DNA of 64,000 nucleotides, from NCBI GenBank assembly GCA_030691075.1, contig JAUYFI010000187.1, positions 387 through 64,386 on the forward strand. Direction: 5' to 3'. The DNA comes from Sulfurisoma sp. (GTDB lineage: Bacteria; Pseudomonadota; Gammaproteobacteria; Burkholderiales; Rhodocyclaceae). Below the pieces are notes generated by a model, which saw only the letters and a list, made by a program, of their open reading frames with translations, did not search any database and was not told the origin of the DNA. The first letter of the stretch is position 1. The number at the start of each line of letters is the position of its first letter. Positions 19,442 to 29,853 of this stretch are shown here, piece by piece. The position numbers were made by a program, and so were the translations under genes.

Positions 19442-20122
19442 ATGACCGTTACCAGTTCGGTTTCGAGCAACCCGGCCAGCGCGGTGTACGAGTCGCTCAA
19501 TGGCACGAGGGAAACGACGAGCACCAGTTCGATCGACTCCGCCGAGAGCCGCTTTCTGACGCTGCTTACCACGCAGCTCAAAAACCAGGATCCGCTCAGC
19601 CCGATGGACAACGCCGAGGTGACTTCGCAGATGGCGCAAATCAGTACGGTGGATGGCATCGAACGCCTGAATGCCACGCTGGCCAAGCTGATCGACGGCC
19701 AGAGCGAGACCCAGACCCTCCAGGCGGCTGCCCTGGTCGGGCACGGCGTGTTGGTGCCGGGCACGGGGCTCGATCTGGGCAACGGCGTGGGCATGGCGGG
19801 CATCGAACTGGCCGAATCAGCCGACGTGGTCAATATCGAGATCAAGGATGCCAACGGCCTGGTGGTGCGTACGCTATCGCTCGGCGGGCAGGAAGCCGGC
19901 CAGCATGCCTTCGCTTGGGATGGTACGACCGATTCCGGCGCCCAGGCGGTGGATGGCCGCTACAGCTTCATGGTAACGGCGACGCGCGGCAGCGACACCG
20001 TGAACGCGGAGCGACTCGAGTATGGGATGGTCGACAGCGTGACGCGACAGGCCACGGGAATGAACGTCAATGTCGGGCGGCTTGGCGGCTTCGGCATCAA
20101 CGAGATCAGGCAGATACTGTAA
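19442..20122 (+). CDS. flgD: Hook capping protein FlgD
   Basis: FLTLLTTQLKNQDPLSPMDN. Confidence 0.96.
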   Translation: MTVTSSVSSNPASAVYESLNGTRETTSTSSIDSAESRFLTLLTTQLKNQDPLSPMDNAEVTSQMAQISTVDGIERLNATLAKLIDGQSETQTLQAAALVGHGVLVPGTGLDLGNGVGMAGIELAESADVVNIEIKDANGLVVRTLSLGGQEAGQHAFAWDGTTDSGAQAVDGRYSFMVTATRGSDTVNAERLEYGMVDSVTRQATGMNVNVGRLGGFGINEIRQIL

Positions 20123-20149
20123 AGGCATATCGGAAGGAGGAGATCGAAC

Positions 20150-21412
20150 ATGGGATTCCAGCAAGGCTTGAGCGGGCTCAATGCATCATCGAAGGCCCTT
20201 GATACATTGGGCAACAACATCGCTAACTCAGGAACCGTGGGCTTCAAGTCCTCGTCCACGCAGTTCTCCGACGTGTTTGCCGCCTCGTTGGGCGGCGGCA
20301 GCCAGGTGGGCATCGGCATCTCGGTAACGAGCATCGCCCAGCAGTTCGGTCAGGGCAACGTCACGGCGACGAGCAATCCGCTCGATCTTGCCATCAATGG
20401 CCAGGGTTTCTTCCGTCTCAACGACAATGGCACCAACACCTGGACCCGCAACGGCCAGTTCAACGTGGACAAGAGTGGCTATATCGTCAGCAATACAGGA
20501 TCCCGGCTGACGGGCTACCTCGCCAACACGGCCAGCGTCATCGTGCCGTCAACGCCCGCCGACATCTTCGTTAACACCGCCGATCTCCAGCCGCAGGCGA
20601 CGGGAAACACCGGCGCGACGGGTGGTGTCAGGATGGGCTTCAACCTGGATTCGCGCGCGACGACCTTCGGCGTGGCGCCGCCATTCAGTTTTACCGATCC
20701 GACGACCTATACGACCTCAACGTCGGTTTCTGTTTACGACACACTGGGAAACCCGCACCTGATGTCGCTCTTCTTCAGAAAGGGCGATGGCACGGCGGGT
20801 CTTCCCGCCAACACCTGGCAGCTTTACACGAGTATCGACGGCGGTGTCACCATTGGTACTGACGCAGCCGGCCCGACGCCCGTGATCTTCAGCGGCACCG
20901 GCGCGCTGACGACGCCGGCCTCCGGCATCGTTGCCCAGTCGCTCGCGGTTACGACGGGAGCAACCTCGCCACTTATCTACAACTTGGATCTGAGCGGTTC
21001 GACCCAGTTCGGCAACATCTTCGGCGTCAACAGTATCAGCCAGGATGGCTATACTTCGGGCCGCCTTGCCGGTCTGAGCGTTAGCTCGGACGGCACCATC
21101 CAGGGCCGCTACAGCAACGGCCAGACGCGCGACCTGGCGCAGGTGGTGCTCGGCAACTTCAGCAACCCCAACGGCTTGAGTTCGCTGGGCAACAACCAAT
21201 GGGCCGAGACCGCGGATTCGGGCCAGCCCCTGGTCGGCGTGCCCGGCAGCGGTTCGCTCGGCGTGCTGCAGTCGGCGGCGATCGAGGAATCCAACGTGGA
21301 CCTCACCGCGGAACTTGTCGCCATGATCACCCAGCAGCGTGCCTACCAAGCCAACGCGCAGACCATCAAGACGCAGGACCAGATCCTGCAGACGCTGGTC
21401 AATCTCCGATAA
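20150..21412 (+). CDS. flgE: Hook protein FlgE
   Basis: GLSGLNA...GNNIANSGTVGFK; ESNVDLTAELV..QRAYQANA. Confidence 0.97.
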   Translation: MGFQQGLSGLNASSKALDTLGNNIANSGTVGFKSSSTQFSDVFAASLGGGSQVGIGISVTSIAQQFGQGNVTATSNPLDLAINGQGFFRLNDNGTNTWTRNGQFNVDKSGYIVSNTGSRLTGYLANTASVIVPSTPADIFVNTADLQPQATGNTGATGGVRMGFNLDSRATTFGVAPPFSFTDPTTYTTSTSVSVYDTLGNPHLMSLFFRKGDGTAGLPANTWQLYTSIDGGVTIGTDAAGPTPVIFSGTGALTTPASGIVAQSLAVTTGATSPLIYNLDLSGSTQFGNIFGVNSISQDGYTSGRLAGLSVSSDGTIQGRYSNGQTRDLAQVVLGNFSNPNGLSSLGNNQWAETADSGQPLVGVPGSGSLGVLQSAAIEESNVDLTAELVAMITQQRAYQANAQTIKTQDQILQTLVNLR

Positions 21413-21434
21413 AAGTCGGCGCTGACGGGACGGC
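21411..21434 (-). repeat. 24-nt dispersed repeat B, overlapping the flgE stop codon
   Basis: Reverse complement reads GCCGTCCCGTCAGCGCCGACTTTT. Confidence 0.85.
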
Positions 21435-21449
21435 AGACGGGGCGAAAAC

Positions 21450-22205
21450 ATGGACAGACTGATCTACACCGCGATGACCGGAGCCAGCCAGACGCTGGGC
21501 CGGCAGGCGGCCGTCGCCCATAATCTCGCCAACGTCACCTCGAGCGGCTACAAGGCCGAGGAGCACCGCCTGCGCGCGGTGCAGGTACAGACGGCCAATG
21601 TCCGGCCCGGCGCCCTGCCGACGCGCGCCTTTGTCGTCGATGCCAGCACCTATACCGACTTCTCGCCGGGGCCGATGAACTTCACCGGCCGCACGCTCGA
21701 CGTGGCGGTCCAGGGCAAGGGCTGGCTCGCGCTGGCCATGCCCGACGGCAGCGAGGCCTACACCCGCAACGGCAGCCTCGAGCTCAATGTCAACGGCATC
21801 CTGCAGACGCGTGCCGGCATTCCGGTGCAGGGCGACGGCGGCGCGATTACCGTGCCACCCGATGTCAAGATCGCCATCGGCCGCGACGGCACGGTGTCGG
21901 TTGTCCCGGAAAGCGGCGCGCAGAACACCGTCAACGTCATCGGCCGCCTCAAGCTGGTCAATCCCGATGAAGCCGAGCTCGTGCGCGGCGCCGACGGCCT
22001 CTTCCGCACGCGCGGGGGCGACGCCGCGCCGGTCAGCGAGCCGACGCAGATCGCCGCCGGCTACATCGAGAACAGCAACGTCAATCCGGTCGAGGAGATG
22101 GTCACCATGATTTCGCTTGCGCGCCAGTTCGACATGCAGATCAAGATGCTCACCAACGCGGACGCCAACGACCGCGCCGCCACCCAGATACTTTCGCCAC
22201 GCTAG
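21450..22205 (+). CDS. flgF: Basal-body rod protein FlgF
   Basis: MDRLIYTAMTGA, NLANV, AYTRNG, SNVNPVEEM. Confidence 0.96.
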   Translation: MDRLIYTAMTGASQTLGRQAAVAHNLANVTSSGYKAEEHRLRAVQVQTANVRPGALPTRAFVVDASTYTDFSPGPMNFTGRTLDVAVQGKGWLALAMPDGSEAYTRNGSLELNVNGILQTRAGIPVQGDGGAITVPPDVKIAIGRDGTVSVVPESGAQNTVNVIGRLKLVNPDEAELVRGADGLFRTRGGDAAPVSEPTQIAAGYIENSNVNPVEEMVTMISLARQFDMQIKMLTNADANDRAATQILSPR

Positions 22206-22219
22206 CAGGAGAGTAACGC

Positions 22220-23002
22220 ATGATCCGCTCGCTCTGGATCGCCAAGACCGGCCTCGATGCCCAGCAGACCAACCTGGACGTCATTTCCAACAACCTGGCC
22301 AACGTCAGCACCAACGGTTTCAAGCGCGCGCGCGCGGTGTTCGAGGACCTGCTCTACCAGACGATGCGCCAGCCCGGCGCCGCCTCCTCGCAGCAGACCA
22401 CCATTCCCTCGGGCCTGACGATCGGCACCGGCGTGAGGGCGATTTCCACGGAAAGGATATTCACCCAGGGCAACCTGCAGAAGACCGAAAACCCGCTCGA
22501 TCTCGCCGTCAACGGCCAGGGTTTCTTTCAGGTAACGATGCCCGATGGCACGCAGGCCTACACCCGCGACGGTGCCTTCCAGCGCGACTCCACCGGCCAG
22601 GTGGTGACCTCGAGCGGCTACCCGCTGTCGCCGGCGATCACTATTCCCTCCACCGCCCAATCGGTTACGGTGAGCCGCGATGGCATTATCTCGATCACCC
22701 AGACCGGCACTACCGCCGCGACGCAGATCGGCACCATCCAGCTCGCCAGCTTCGTGAATCCGGGCGGTCTGCAGAGCATGGGCGAGAACTTGTTCGTCGA
22801 GACCGGCTCCTCCGGCACGCCGACGCCCAATACACCGGGCACCAACGGCACCGGCCTCATCAACCAGGGCTATGTCGAGACATCGAATGTGAACGTCGCC
22901 GAGGAACTGGTGACCATGATCCAGACCCAGCGCGCCTACGAAATGAATTCGAAGGCCGTTACCACATCTGATCAGATGCTCGGTCGCCTCGTCCAGATGT
23001 AA
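22220..23002 (+). CDS. flgG: Distal rod protein FlgG
   Basis: [32 protein letters not shown]. Confidence 0.98.
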   Translation: MIRSLWIAKTGLDAQQTNLDVISNNLANVSTNGFKRARAVFEDLLYQTMRQPGAASSQQTTIPSGLTIGTGVRAISTERIFTQGNLQKTENPLDLAVNGQGFFQVTMPDGTQAYTRDGAFQRDSTGQVVTSSGYPLSPAITIPSTAQSVTVSRDGIISITQTGTTAATQIGTIQLASFVNPGGLQSMGENLFVETGSSGTPTPNTPGTNGTGLINQGYVETSNVNVAEELVTMIQTQRAYEMNSKAVTTSDQMLGRLVQM

Positions 23003-23679
23003 TGATTGACGCCATGAAAAGGCTATCGACCCTCATCGGTGCCGCGCTGCTGGCAACGGGCTGCGTCACCACGACGCCGCCCACCGCCGTTCACCAGCCG
23101 ATGACGGCGCGTCCGGAGCCGCGCAACTACGCGCCGGCCAACAACGGTGCCATCTACAACGTCGCCAGCGCGCGGCCGCTGTTCGAGGATCGCCGCGCCC
23201 GCTTCGTCGGCGACACCATCACCATCAACATCGCCGAGAAGACGCAGGCCTCGAAGAAGTCGGACACCAAGGCCGAACGCGCGCAGGACATGAGCACGTC
23301 GGTGCCGACCATGGTCGGTCTGCCGTTGAAGAGCGTGCTGGGCATGACGCTCGACGCGAGCAGCAGCAGCAAGTTCGGCGGCAAGGGCGAGAACACCTCG
23401 GCCAACGACTTCACCGGCATCATCACGGTGACGGTGATCGAGGTCATGCCCAACGGCAACCTGCTGGTGTCGGGCGAGAAACAGATCGGCCTCAAGGAAG
23501 GCGAGGAGTTCATCCGCTTCTCGGGCGTGGTCAACCCCAACACCATCACGGCGGCCAACACGGTCACGTCGACGCAGGTCGCCGACGCGCGCATGGAGTT
23601 CAAGGCCAATGGCTTCGTCGACTCGGCGCAGGTCATGGGCTGGCTGGCGCGTTTCTTCCTCTCCTTCCTGCCCTTCTAG
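23002..23679 (+). CDS. flgH: L-ring lipoprotein FlgH
   Basis: Lipobox LATGC; LFEDRRA; NGNL..GEKQ; GWLARFF; start may be 23014. Confidence 0.96.
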   Translation: MIDAMKRLSTLIGAALLATGCVTTTPPTAVHQPMTARPEPRNYAPANNGAIYNVASARPLFEDRRARFVGDTITINIAEKTQASKKSDTKAERAQDMSTSVPTMVGLPLKSVLGMTLDASSSSKFGGKGENTSANDFTGIITVTVIEVMPNGNLLVSGEKQIGLKEGEEFIRFSGVVNPNTITAANTVTSTQVADARMEFKANGFVDSAQVMGWLARFFLSFLPF

Positions 23680-23692
23680 GAAAACCGCCATC

Positions 23693-24778
23693 ATGGGTAT
23701 CAGCCGTATCCACAAAATCCTGATCGCGGTGATGTGGCTGTTCGCCACGCTGCTGGTGATGGACAGCGCGCGGGCCGAGCGCCTCAAGGATCTCGCCTCG
23801 ATTGCCGGTGTGCGCAACAACCAGCTGGTCGGCTATGGCCTCGTCGTCGGTCTCGATGGCTCCGGCGACCAGACCACGCAGACGCCCTTCACCGTGCAGA
23901 GCGTCATCAGCATGCTCTCCGGCATGGGCGTTAACCTGCCGCCGGGACAAAGCCTGCAGCTCAAGAACGTGGCGGCGGTGATGGTGACGGCGACGCTGCC
24001 GGCCTTCGCCCGTGCCGGTCAGCAGATCGACGTGACTGCATCGTCCATGGGCAACGCCAAGTCGCTCAAGGGCGGCACCCTGGTGCTGACCCCGCTCAAA
24101 GGCGCCGACGGCGCCGTGTATGCCATTGCCCAGGGCCACATGGTGGTCAGCGGCGCGGGCGCTTCGGGTGGCGGCTCCAAGGTGCAGATCAATCACCTCT
24201 CGGTCGGCCGCGTGCCGGGTGGGGCGACGGTCGAACGCGAAGTGGCGACGCCGGTCGGGCAGGGCGAGTTCGTCTATTTTGATCTGCACGACACCAATTT
24301 CGGCACCGCGCGTCGCGTCGCCGCGGCCATCAACGGCGCCATCGGCCTCGGCACGGCCACCGCCGTCGATGCACGACAGATTCGCGTCAAGGCGCCGCCG
24401 AGCGCCGACGAGCGGGTCGCCTTTCTTGGCCGTCTCGAGGAACTCGACGTGATTCCGGGCCAGATGATTGCCAAGGTGATCGTCAACACCCGCACCGGCT
24501 CGGTGGTGATGAACCAGTCGGTGATGCTCGAAAACTGCGCCGTCGCCCACGGCAATCTTTCGGTCGCGGTGAGCGCCGATACGTCGGCCGCGGGCGCGCC
24601 GGCCGCCATCGACATCAAGCAGGAGGGCGGCGCGCTGCTCAACGTCAAGACCGGCGCCAATCTCGCCGACGTGGTCAAGGCGCTCAATGCCCTCGGCGCC
24701 AATCCGCAGGACCTGATGGCCATCCTGCAGGCGATGAAGGCCGCCGGCGCCCTGCGGGCGGAGCTCGAAGTCATCTGA
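23693..24778 (+). CDS. flgI: P-ring protein FlgI
   Basis: RLKDLA..GVRNNQLVGYGLVVGLDGSGD; ILQAMKAAGALRAEL. Confidence 0.97.
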   Translation: MGISRIHKILIAVMWLFATLLVMDSARAERLKDLASIAGVRNNQLVGYGLVVGLDGSGDQTTQTPFTVQSVISMLSGMGVNLPPGQSLQLKNVAAVMVTATLPAFARAGQQIDVTASSMGNAKSLKGGTLVLTPLKGADGAVYAIAQGHMVVSGAGASGGGSKVQINHLSVGRVPGGATVEREVATPVGQGEFVYFDLHDTNFGTARRVAAAINGAIGLGTATAVDARQIRVKAPPSADERVAFLGRLEELDVIPGQMIAKVIVNTRTGSVVMNQSVMLENCAVAHGNLSVAVSADTSAAGAPAAIDIKQEGGALLNVKTGANLADVVKALNALGANPQDLMAILQAMKAAGALRAELEVI

Positions 24779-24845
24779 TGGGCAGTTTTTGCCGGCCTGT
24801 TCCGTCGATTGCCGGCGGCAAGCCGGCGGGATCATCGGGCCAGCC

Positions 24846-25835
24846 ATGACTTCCAACGCCGCCGTCCCTTCCGTTTTTGATCTGCAGAGTCTTTCGGCGC
24901 TGAAAAAAGGCGTCAAGGATTCCGATCCCAAGGCGCTCAAGGCCGCCGCCCAGCAGTTCGAGGCGCTGTTCCTGCAGATGGTTCTCAAGTCCATGCGCGA
25001 CGCCACGCCGCACGAGGGCATGTTCGACTCCGAGCAGACCCGACTCTACGAATCCCTGCTCGACCAGCAACTGGCCCAGGTGATGGCCACCAAGGGCGGC
25101 ACCGGCCTGGCGGCCGTGATCGAAAGGCAACTGTTGCGGTCCGCCACCGCGCCGGACGCGCTCCCGGACGCGCCGATGGGCCCGTTGCCCCTGATGCCCG
25201 AGGCGAAGCCGCATTCGCTGGCTCCGGGCAATGAGAGGGGCCTGCCCCTGGCGCCCATCGGCAATCCCGGCGGCTACCGGCTCGATGGCGTGCTCAATTC
25301 ACCGGGGGCCTTGCCTGCCGCCCCCACGAGCCCTGTCCCGGGGGCCGTCGAGACCGTCCCGCCGCCCGGCGCCCGCGAGTTTGTCGCTCGTGTCTGGCCC
25401 CACGCCATGGAAGTCAGCCGCGCCACCGGCATTCCCGCGCACTTCATGGTCGCCCAGGCCGCACTGGAAACCGGCTGGGGCAAGTCCGAGCCTCGCCTGG
25501 CCGATGGTCAGCCCAGTTATAACCTGTTCGGCCTCAAGGCCGGCCGCTCGTGGTCCGGCGCGGTCGCCGAGGCCCAGACCACCGAGTATGTCGACGGCAC
25601 GGCACAGCGCCAGACGGATCGTTTTCGCGCCTACGGTTCCTATGCCGACGCTTTTCGTGATTACGCCAGCCTGCTGCTGTCGTCGCCGCGCTACGCCGGC
25701 GTGGTCGGCACGCAGGATGCCGCCGCCTTCGCCCGCGGCCTGCAACAGGCCGGCTATGCCACCGATCCCATGTATGCCGTCAAGCTCGAGCGCATCATCG
25801 GCGGTAATACGCTAAGGACGGCTCTCGCCGGCTAG
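24846..25835 (+). CDS. flgJ: Rod cap/peptidoglycan hydrolase FlgJ
   Basis: AQQFEALFLQMVLKSMR rod-binding domain; AQAALETGWG, NLFGLKA and GYATDP muramidase motifs. Confidence 0.96.
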   Translation: MTSNAAVPSVFDLQSLSALKKGVKDSDPKALKAAAQQFEALFLQMVLKSMRDATPHEGMFDSEQTRLYESLLDQQLAQVMATKGGTGLAAVIERQLLRSATAPDALPDAPMGPLPLMPEAKPHSLAPGNERGLPLAPIGNPGGYRLDGVLNSPGALPAAPTSPVPGAVETVPPPGAREFVARVWPHAMEVSRATGIPAHFMVAQAALETGWGKSEPRLADGQPSYNLFGLKAGRSWSGAVAEAQTTEYVDGTAQRQTDRFRAYGSYADAFRDYASLLLSSPRYAGVVGTQDAAAFARGLQQAGYATDPMYAVKLERIIGGNTLRTALAG

Positions 25836-25840
25836 GTTCC

Positions 25841-25856
25841 TGGCACGACCGTTGCT
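25841..25856 (+). promoter_or_regulatory. sigma54 promoter of flgKL
   Basis: TGGCACGACCGTTGCT, close to the -24/-12 consensus. Confidence 0.85.
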
Positions 25857-25872
25857 ATTTCTTCGGTAACCC

Positions 25873-25900
25873 CTCAGTGCTCGGCAGTTATTGCCGATAT
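25873..25900 (+). promoter_or_regulatory. Possible sigma28 promoter overlapping a CGGCAG-N3-TTGCCG site
   Basis: CTCAG-N15-GCCGATAT; TCGGCAGTTATTGCCGA at 25881-25897. Confidence 0.55.
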
Positions 25901-25921
25901 TGAAACTTACACGGAGATATC

Positions 25922-28183
25922 ATGGGCAGCGGAATCCTGAATATCGGCGTCACCGGACTCAATGCCGCGCAGGCAGGTGTTCTCACCACCAGTCATAACA
26001 TCGCGAATGCCTCGACCAAGGGTTTCTCGCGGCAGCAGATCGTCCAGACCACCAACGCGCCGATGTTCACTGGTGCCGGCTTTATCGGCCAGGGCACCAA
26101 CGTCGAGACCATTCAGCGCGTCTACGACAAGTTCCTTAGCGGTCAGGTGCTGTCGGCGCAGACCGGCGCCGCCGAGATGGACAGCTATCTGGCCGAAATC
26201 AAGCAGATCGACCATCTGCTGGCCGACCCGGATGCAGGACTCAGTCCGGCCATGGCCGACTTTTTCAAAGGCGTGCAGGACGTCGCGGCCAACCCCCAGT
26301 CAATCTCCGCGCGTCAGGCCATGCTCTCGTCCAGTCAGGCGCTGGTGGGGCGCTTTCAGTCCATCGACCAGCGCCTGCGCGAGATACGGGATGGCATCAA
26401 CGGCCAGATCACCGGCGAGGTCTCGCTGATCAATTCCTACGCGCAGCAGATCGCGAGCGTGAACCAGCGCATCATAGCCGCCGAGGCCTCCGGGCCGGGT
26501 CAACCGGCGAACGACCTGCTCGATCAGCGTGACCAGTTGATCGCCGACCTCAACAAGGAAATCCGCGTTACCACCCTGCAGCAGAGCGACGGCAGCTACA
26601 GCGTCTTCATCGGCAACGGCCAGGCGCTGGTGGCCGGGACGCTCAGCTACTCCATGCAGGCCGCCGCCGCGCCCGCCGACCCCGAGCGCACCATCGTCGC
26701 GCTGCGTTCGCCGAACGGTTCGACGGTCAACATGCCCGAATCCCTGCTGTCGGGCGGCAAGCTCGGCGGATTGATTGCATTCCGCAGCGAGTCGCTCGAC
26801 CTGGCGCAGAATTCGCTGGGCCGGATCGCGATTGGCCTGGCACAGAATTTCAACGACATCCACCGGCTGGGTCAGAACCTGTCCGGCGGCCTCGGGGGCG
26901 CGTTCTTCAATGTGCCGACGCCGGTGGTGAATGCGGGTAGCGCCAACGCCAGCCAGGCGACGCTGTTGTCGGCACAGATTATCAACAGCGATTACCGCAT
27001 CAGTTACAACGGCGGCACGTCTACCTACGATGTCGTGCGGCTGTCGGACAACTCGGCCGCGGGCGCCTTTGCGGCGGCTGCGTTCCCGATCACCGTCGAT
27101 GGCGTGAAGATTTCCCTGGCATCGGGCGCCGCCGTCGCCGGCGACACATTCCTCGTCCGTCCGGCCAGTTCCGTCGGCAGTCGCGTGATTGCGGAGTCGG
27201 ACAACACGGGCACGGCAGTGCTGGATTCCGCCGGATCGAACATCCAGGCGCTGACCACTTCGGACTACCAGCTCGCTGTCACGGCGGTGGACGCTGTCCC
27301 CAACTATACGTTCGCCCTGACCCGCCTCTCCGACAGGCAGACGTGGACCGGCAGCGGCACGGGCGCCACCGCTGCCCTGGCGGCGCAGGCCGCGCTGGCC
27401 GACCTGGCGACCAAGCAGCAGGTCGGCTTTCAGCTTGGCTTTTCGGGCACGGTGCCCTCGCTCAACGACAGCTTCGTCATCCAGCCGACGCGTGGCGGTG
27501 CCGGCAACATTTCGGTGGCGGTCACCGACCCGAGCGGCATCGCGGCCGCCCTGCCGATGCGGACGGCTGCGGCGTCCGGCAACACGGGGACGGCCGCCAT
27601 CGACGCCGGCAGCGTGGAGGACAGGAGCTACCTGCCGCTGACGGCGCCGATCACCCTGACCTTCAACAGCACCACCAACCAGTTCGCGGTTTCCGGCGCC
27701 GTGCCGGTGGTGAGCAACATCGCCTACAACCCAGCGACCGCAAGCAGCAAGACCATCAGTTTCAACGGCCTGTCATTCACGATTTCGGGAACGCCACAGA
27801 ATAACGACAGCTTCACGCTGTCGTCCAACAGCGGCGGCGTTTCGGACAATCGCACCATGCAACTGCTTGGCAACCTGCAAAACCTGAGTACGCTTGCCGG
27901 TACGCCGGGCAGCACCACTAGCGGCGCCAGCGCCAGCTACCAGTCGGCCTATTCGCAGATCGTCAGCCAGGTCGGCAACAAGACGCGCGAGGTCGAGGTG
28001 ACGGGCAAGGCGCAGCAGACCCAAGCCGACCAGGCGCAGAGCGCGGTCGATCAGATCTCTGGCGTCAATCTCGACGAGGAGGCAGCCGATTTGCTGCGCT
28101 TCCAGCAGGCCTACCAGGCGTCGGCCAAGCTGATCGACACCGCGGGCAAGCTATTCGACGAGATTCTCGCCCTTGGTCGCTAA
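25922..28183 (+). CDS. flgK: Hook-filament junction protein FlgK (753 aa)
   Basis: HNIANAST.GFSRQ, NDLLDQRD, SGVNLDEEAADLLRFQQAYQASA. Confidence 0.97.
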   Translation: MGSGILNIGVTGLNAAQAGVLTTSHNIANASTKGFSRQQIVQTTNAPMFTGAGFIGQGTNVETIQRVYDKFLSGQVLSAQTGAAEMDSYLAEIKQIDHLLADPDAGLSPAMADFFKGVQDVAANPQSISARQAMLSSSQALVGRFQSIDQRLREIRDGINGQITGEVSLINSYAQQIASVNQRIIAAEASGPGQPANDLLDQRDQLIADLNKEIRVTTLQQSDGSYSVFIGNGQALVAGTLSYSMQAAAAPADPERTIVALRSPNGSTVNMPESLLSGGKLGGLIAFRSESLDLAQNSLGRIAIGLAQNFNDIHRLGQNLSGGLGGAFFNVPTPVVNAGSANASQATLLSAQIINSDYRISYNGGTSTYDVVRLSDNSAAGAFAAAAFPITVDGVKISLASGAAVAGDTFLVRPASSVGSRVIAESDNTGTAVLDSAGSNIQALTTSDYQLAVTAVDAVPNYTFALTRLSDRQTWTGSGTGATAALAAQAALADLATKQQVGFQLGFSGTVPSLNDSFVIQPTRGGAGNISVAVTDPSGIAAALPMRTAAASGNTGTAAIDAGSVEDRSYLPLTAPITLTFNSTTNQFAVSGAVPVVSNIAYNPATASSKTISFNGLSFTISGTPQNNDSFTLSSNSGGVSDNRTMQLLGNLQNLSTLAGTPGSTTSGASASYQSAYSQIVSQVGNKTREVEVTGKAQQTQADQAQSAVDQISGVNLDEEAADLLRFQQAYQASAKLIDTAGKLFDEILALGR

Positions 28184-28195
28184 CGGAGAAAATTC

Positions 28196-29845
28196 ATGAT
28201 CAGAGTCAGCAGCGGCATGATCTTCGATGCGGGAATCAGATCCATTAACACCCAGACCGCGTCCCTGCTGCACTTGCAGCAGCAGGTCGCCGCGGGAAGG
28301 CGCATCCTCACCCCCGCCGACGATCCCGTGAACGCGGCGCGTGCGCTCGAGGTCACCCAGGCGCAGGACATCACCGCCCAGTACTCGACCAACCACGACA
28401 ACGCCAAGTCGGCGCTGGGGCTGGAAGAGGTGCAACTGACCGGCGTCAATGACATGATGGCCCGCCTCAAGGAGTTGACGGTGCAGGCCGGCAACGCCTC
28501 GCTGTCGGCCAATGATCGCCGCAGCGTGGCACTGGAACTGCGCGCCCGCTTCGGCGAGCTGCTGGGCATCGCCAACTCCACCGACGGCAGCGGCCAGTTC
28601 CTGTTCTCCGGCTACATGGGCAGCACCAAACCTTTCGATGCATCCATCGATGCGATGCTGCTGAACCCGGCGCTTGAGGTCGGCTATCAGGGCGACGACG
28701 GCCAGCGCCGGCTGCAGGTGTCGGCGACGCGCTTCCTCGAGGTCAGCGATTCCGGCAACGACGTTTTCAAGCGCATCCGCAACGGCAACGGCACCTTCAC
28801 CACCGGCTACGCCGCGGCTAACACGGGAACGGCGATCATCGATGCGGGAAACGTAAACAATCCCGCGCTGTGGGCCGCGGTGCCGGCAGCCGCCAAGCAG
28901 AATGTCGAGGTGCGCTTCTGGAAGGATACCGGCGTAATCGGTAGCGTCGTGATCGGGGCGCCAACGCTCACGGCCGGTGTCGACGATCAATTCATGATCT
29001 CGGTGGCGGGTTCTACCGCGGCGACGGTGACGCTGCCGGCGGGAGCCTACGCCGACGCCGCGGCCCTGGCGACGGCGATGCAGATTGCGGCTAACACCGC
29101 CTTGGGCGTCTCACCGCCCGCATCCGGGTCGGCGGTCGCCACGGCCGACGCCAGCGGCCACATGATGCTGCAATCTCCCACCGGTCAGGTCATTACCATT
29201 TCGGCGGTACCGGGTAACACCGGGCTGACAACGATGTTCGGCACGCCGGTGGCCGGCAGCGGCGCGACCTATTACGATCTGGTCAATGTGACGGGCAACG
29301 TCTCCTTGCTGACCGGTGCTACTCCGACAGCATCCTTTCCCGGACCGACCGGTCTACGGCGCTACTACGATGGACAAGCGATCGCCTTCAACGGTTTGGT
29401 GGGCGCCACGGCCGATTACGGAATCAGCGTGACTATCGCCGGCAACCCGGCGGCGGGCGACAAATTCAGCCTGGCGCCAAGCACCAGTCAGAGCGTGTTC
29501 CGCACCCTGGCCAATGTGATCGGCACGCTGGAAAGCGGGCCGGTCGGTCCGGGCGGGCCGGCGAAGTACTCGAACGATATCGGCTTCGCCCTGACCAATC
29601 TCACCCAGGCCAACGAAAACATTCTGCGCACCCGCGCAGCCATCGGATCGCGCCTGAACGAGGTCGATTCGCTGTCGAGCGTGAATGAAGATATTCAGCT
29701 CCAGTACCAGCAGACTTTGTCCACCTTGCAGGATCTCGACTATGCCAAGGCCATTTCGGACCTGACGCGCAAGCAGACCGATCTGGAAGCGGCACAGCAA
29801 TCCTTCGTTCGCGTTTCCAACTTGTCCCTGTTCAACTATCTATAG
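28196..29845 (+). CDS. flgL: Hook-filament junction protein FlgL (549 aa)
   Basis: GRRILTPADDP, GQFLFSG, DLDYAKAI...LSLFNYL. Confidence 0.96.
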   Translation: MIRVSSGMIFDAGIRSINTQTASLLHLQQQVAAGRRILTPADDPVNAARALEVTQAQDITAQYSTNHDNAKSALGLEEVQLTGVNDMMARLKELTVQAGNASLSANDRRSVALELRARFGELLGIANSTDGSGQFLFSGYMGSTKPFDASIDAMLLNPALEVGYQGDDGQRRLQVSATRFLEVSDSGNDVFKRIRNGNGTFTTGYAAANTGTAIIDAGNVNNPALWAAVPAAAKQNVEVRFWKDTGVIGSVVIGAPTLTAGVDDQFMISVAGSTAATVTLPAGAYADAAALATAMQIAANTALGVSPPASGSAVATADASGHMMLQSPTGQVITISAVPGNTGLTTMFGTPVAGSGATYYDLVNVTGNVSLLTGATPTASFPGPTGLRRYYDGQAIAFNGLVGATADYGISVTIAGNPAAGDKFSLAPSTSQSVFRTLANVIGTLESGPVGPGGPAKYSNDIGFALTNLTQANENILRTRAAIGSRLNEVDSLSSVNEDIQLQYQQTLSTLQDLDYAKAISDLTRKQTDLEAAQQSFVRVSNLSLFNYL

Positions 29846-29853
29846 GGCTCGGC

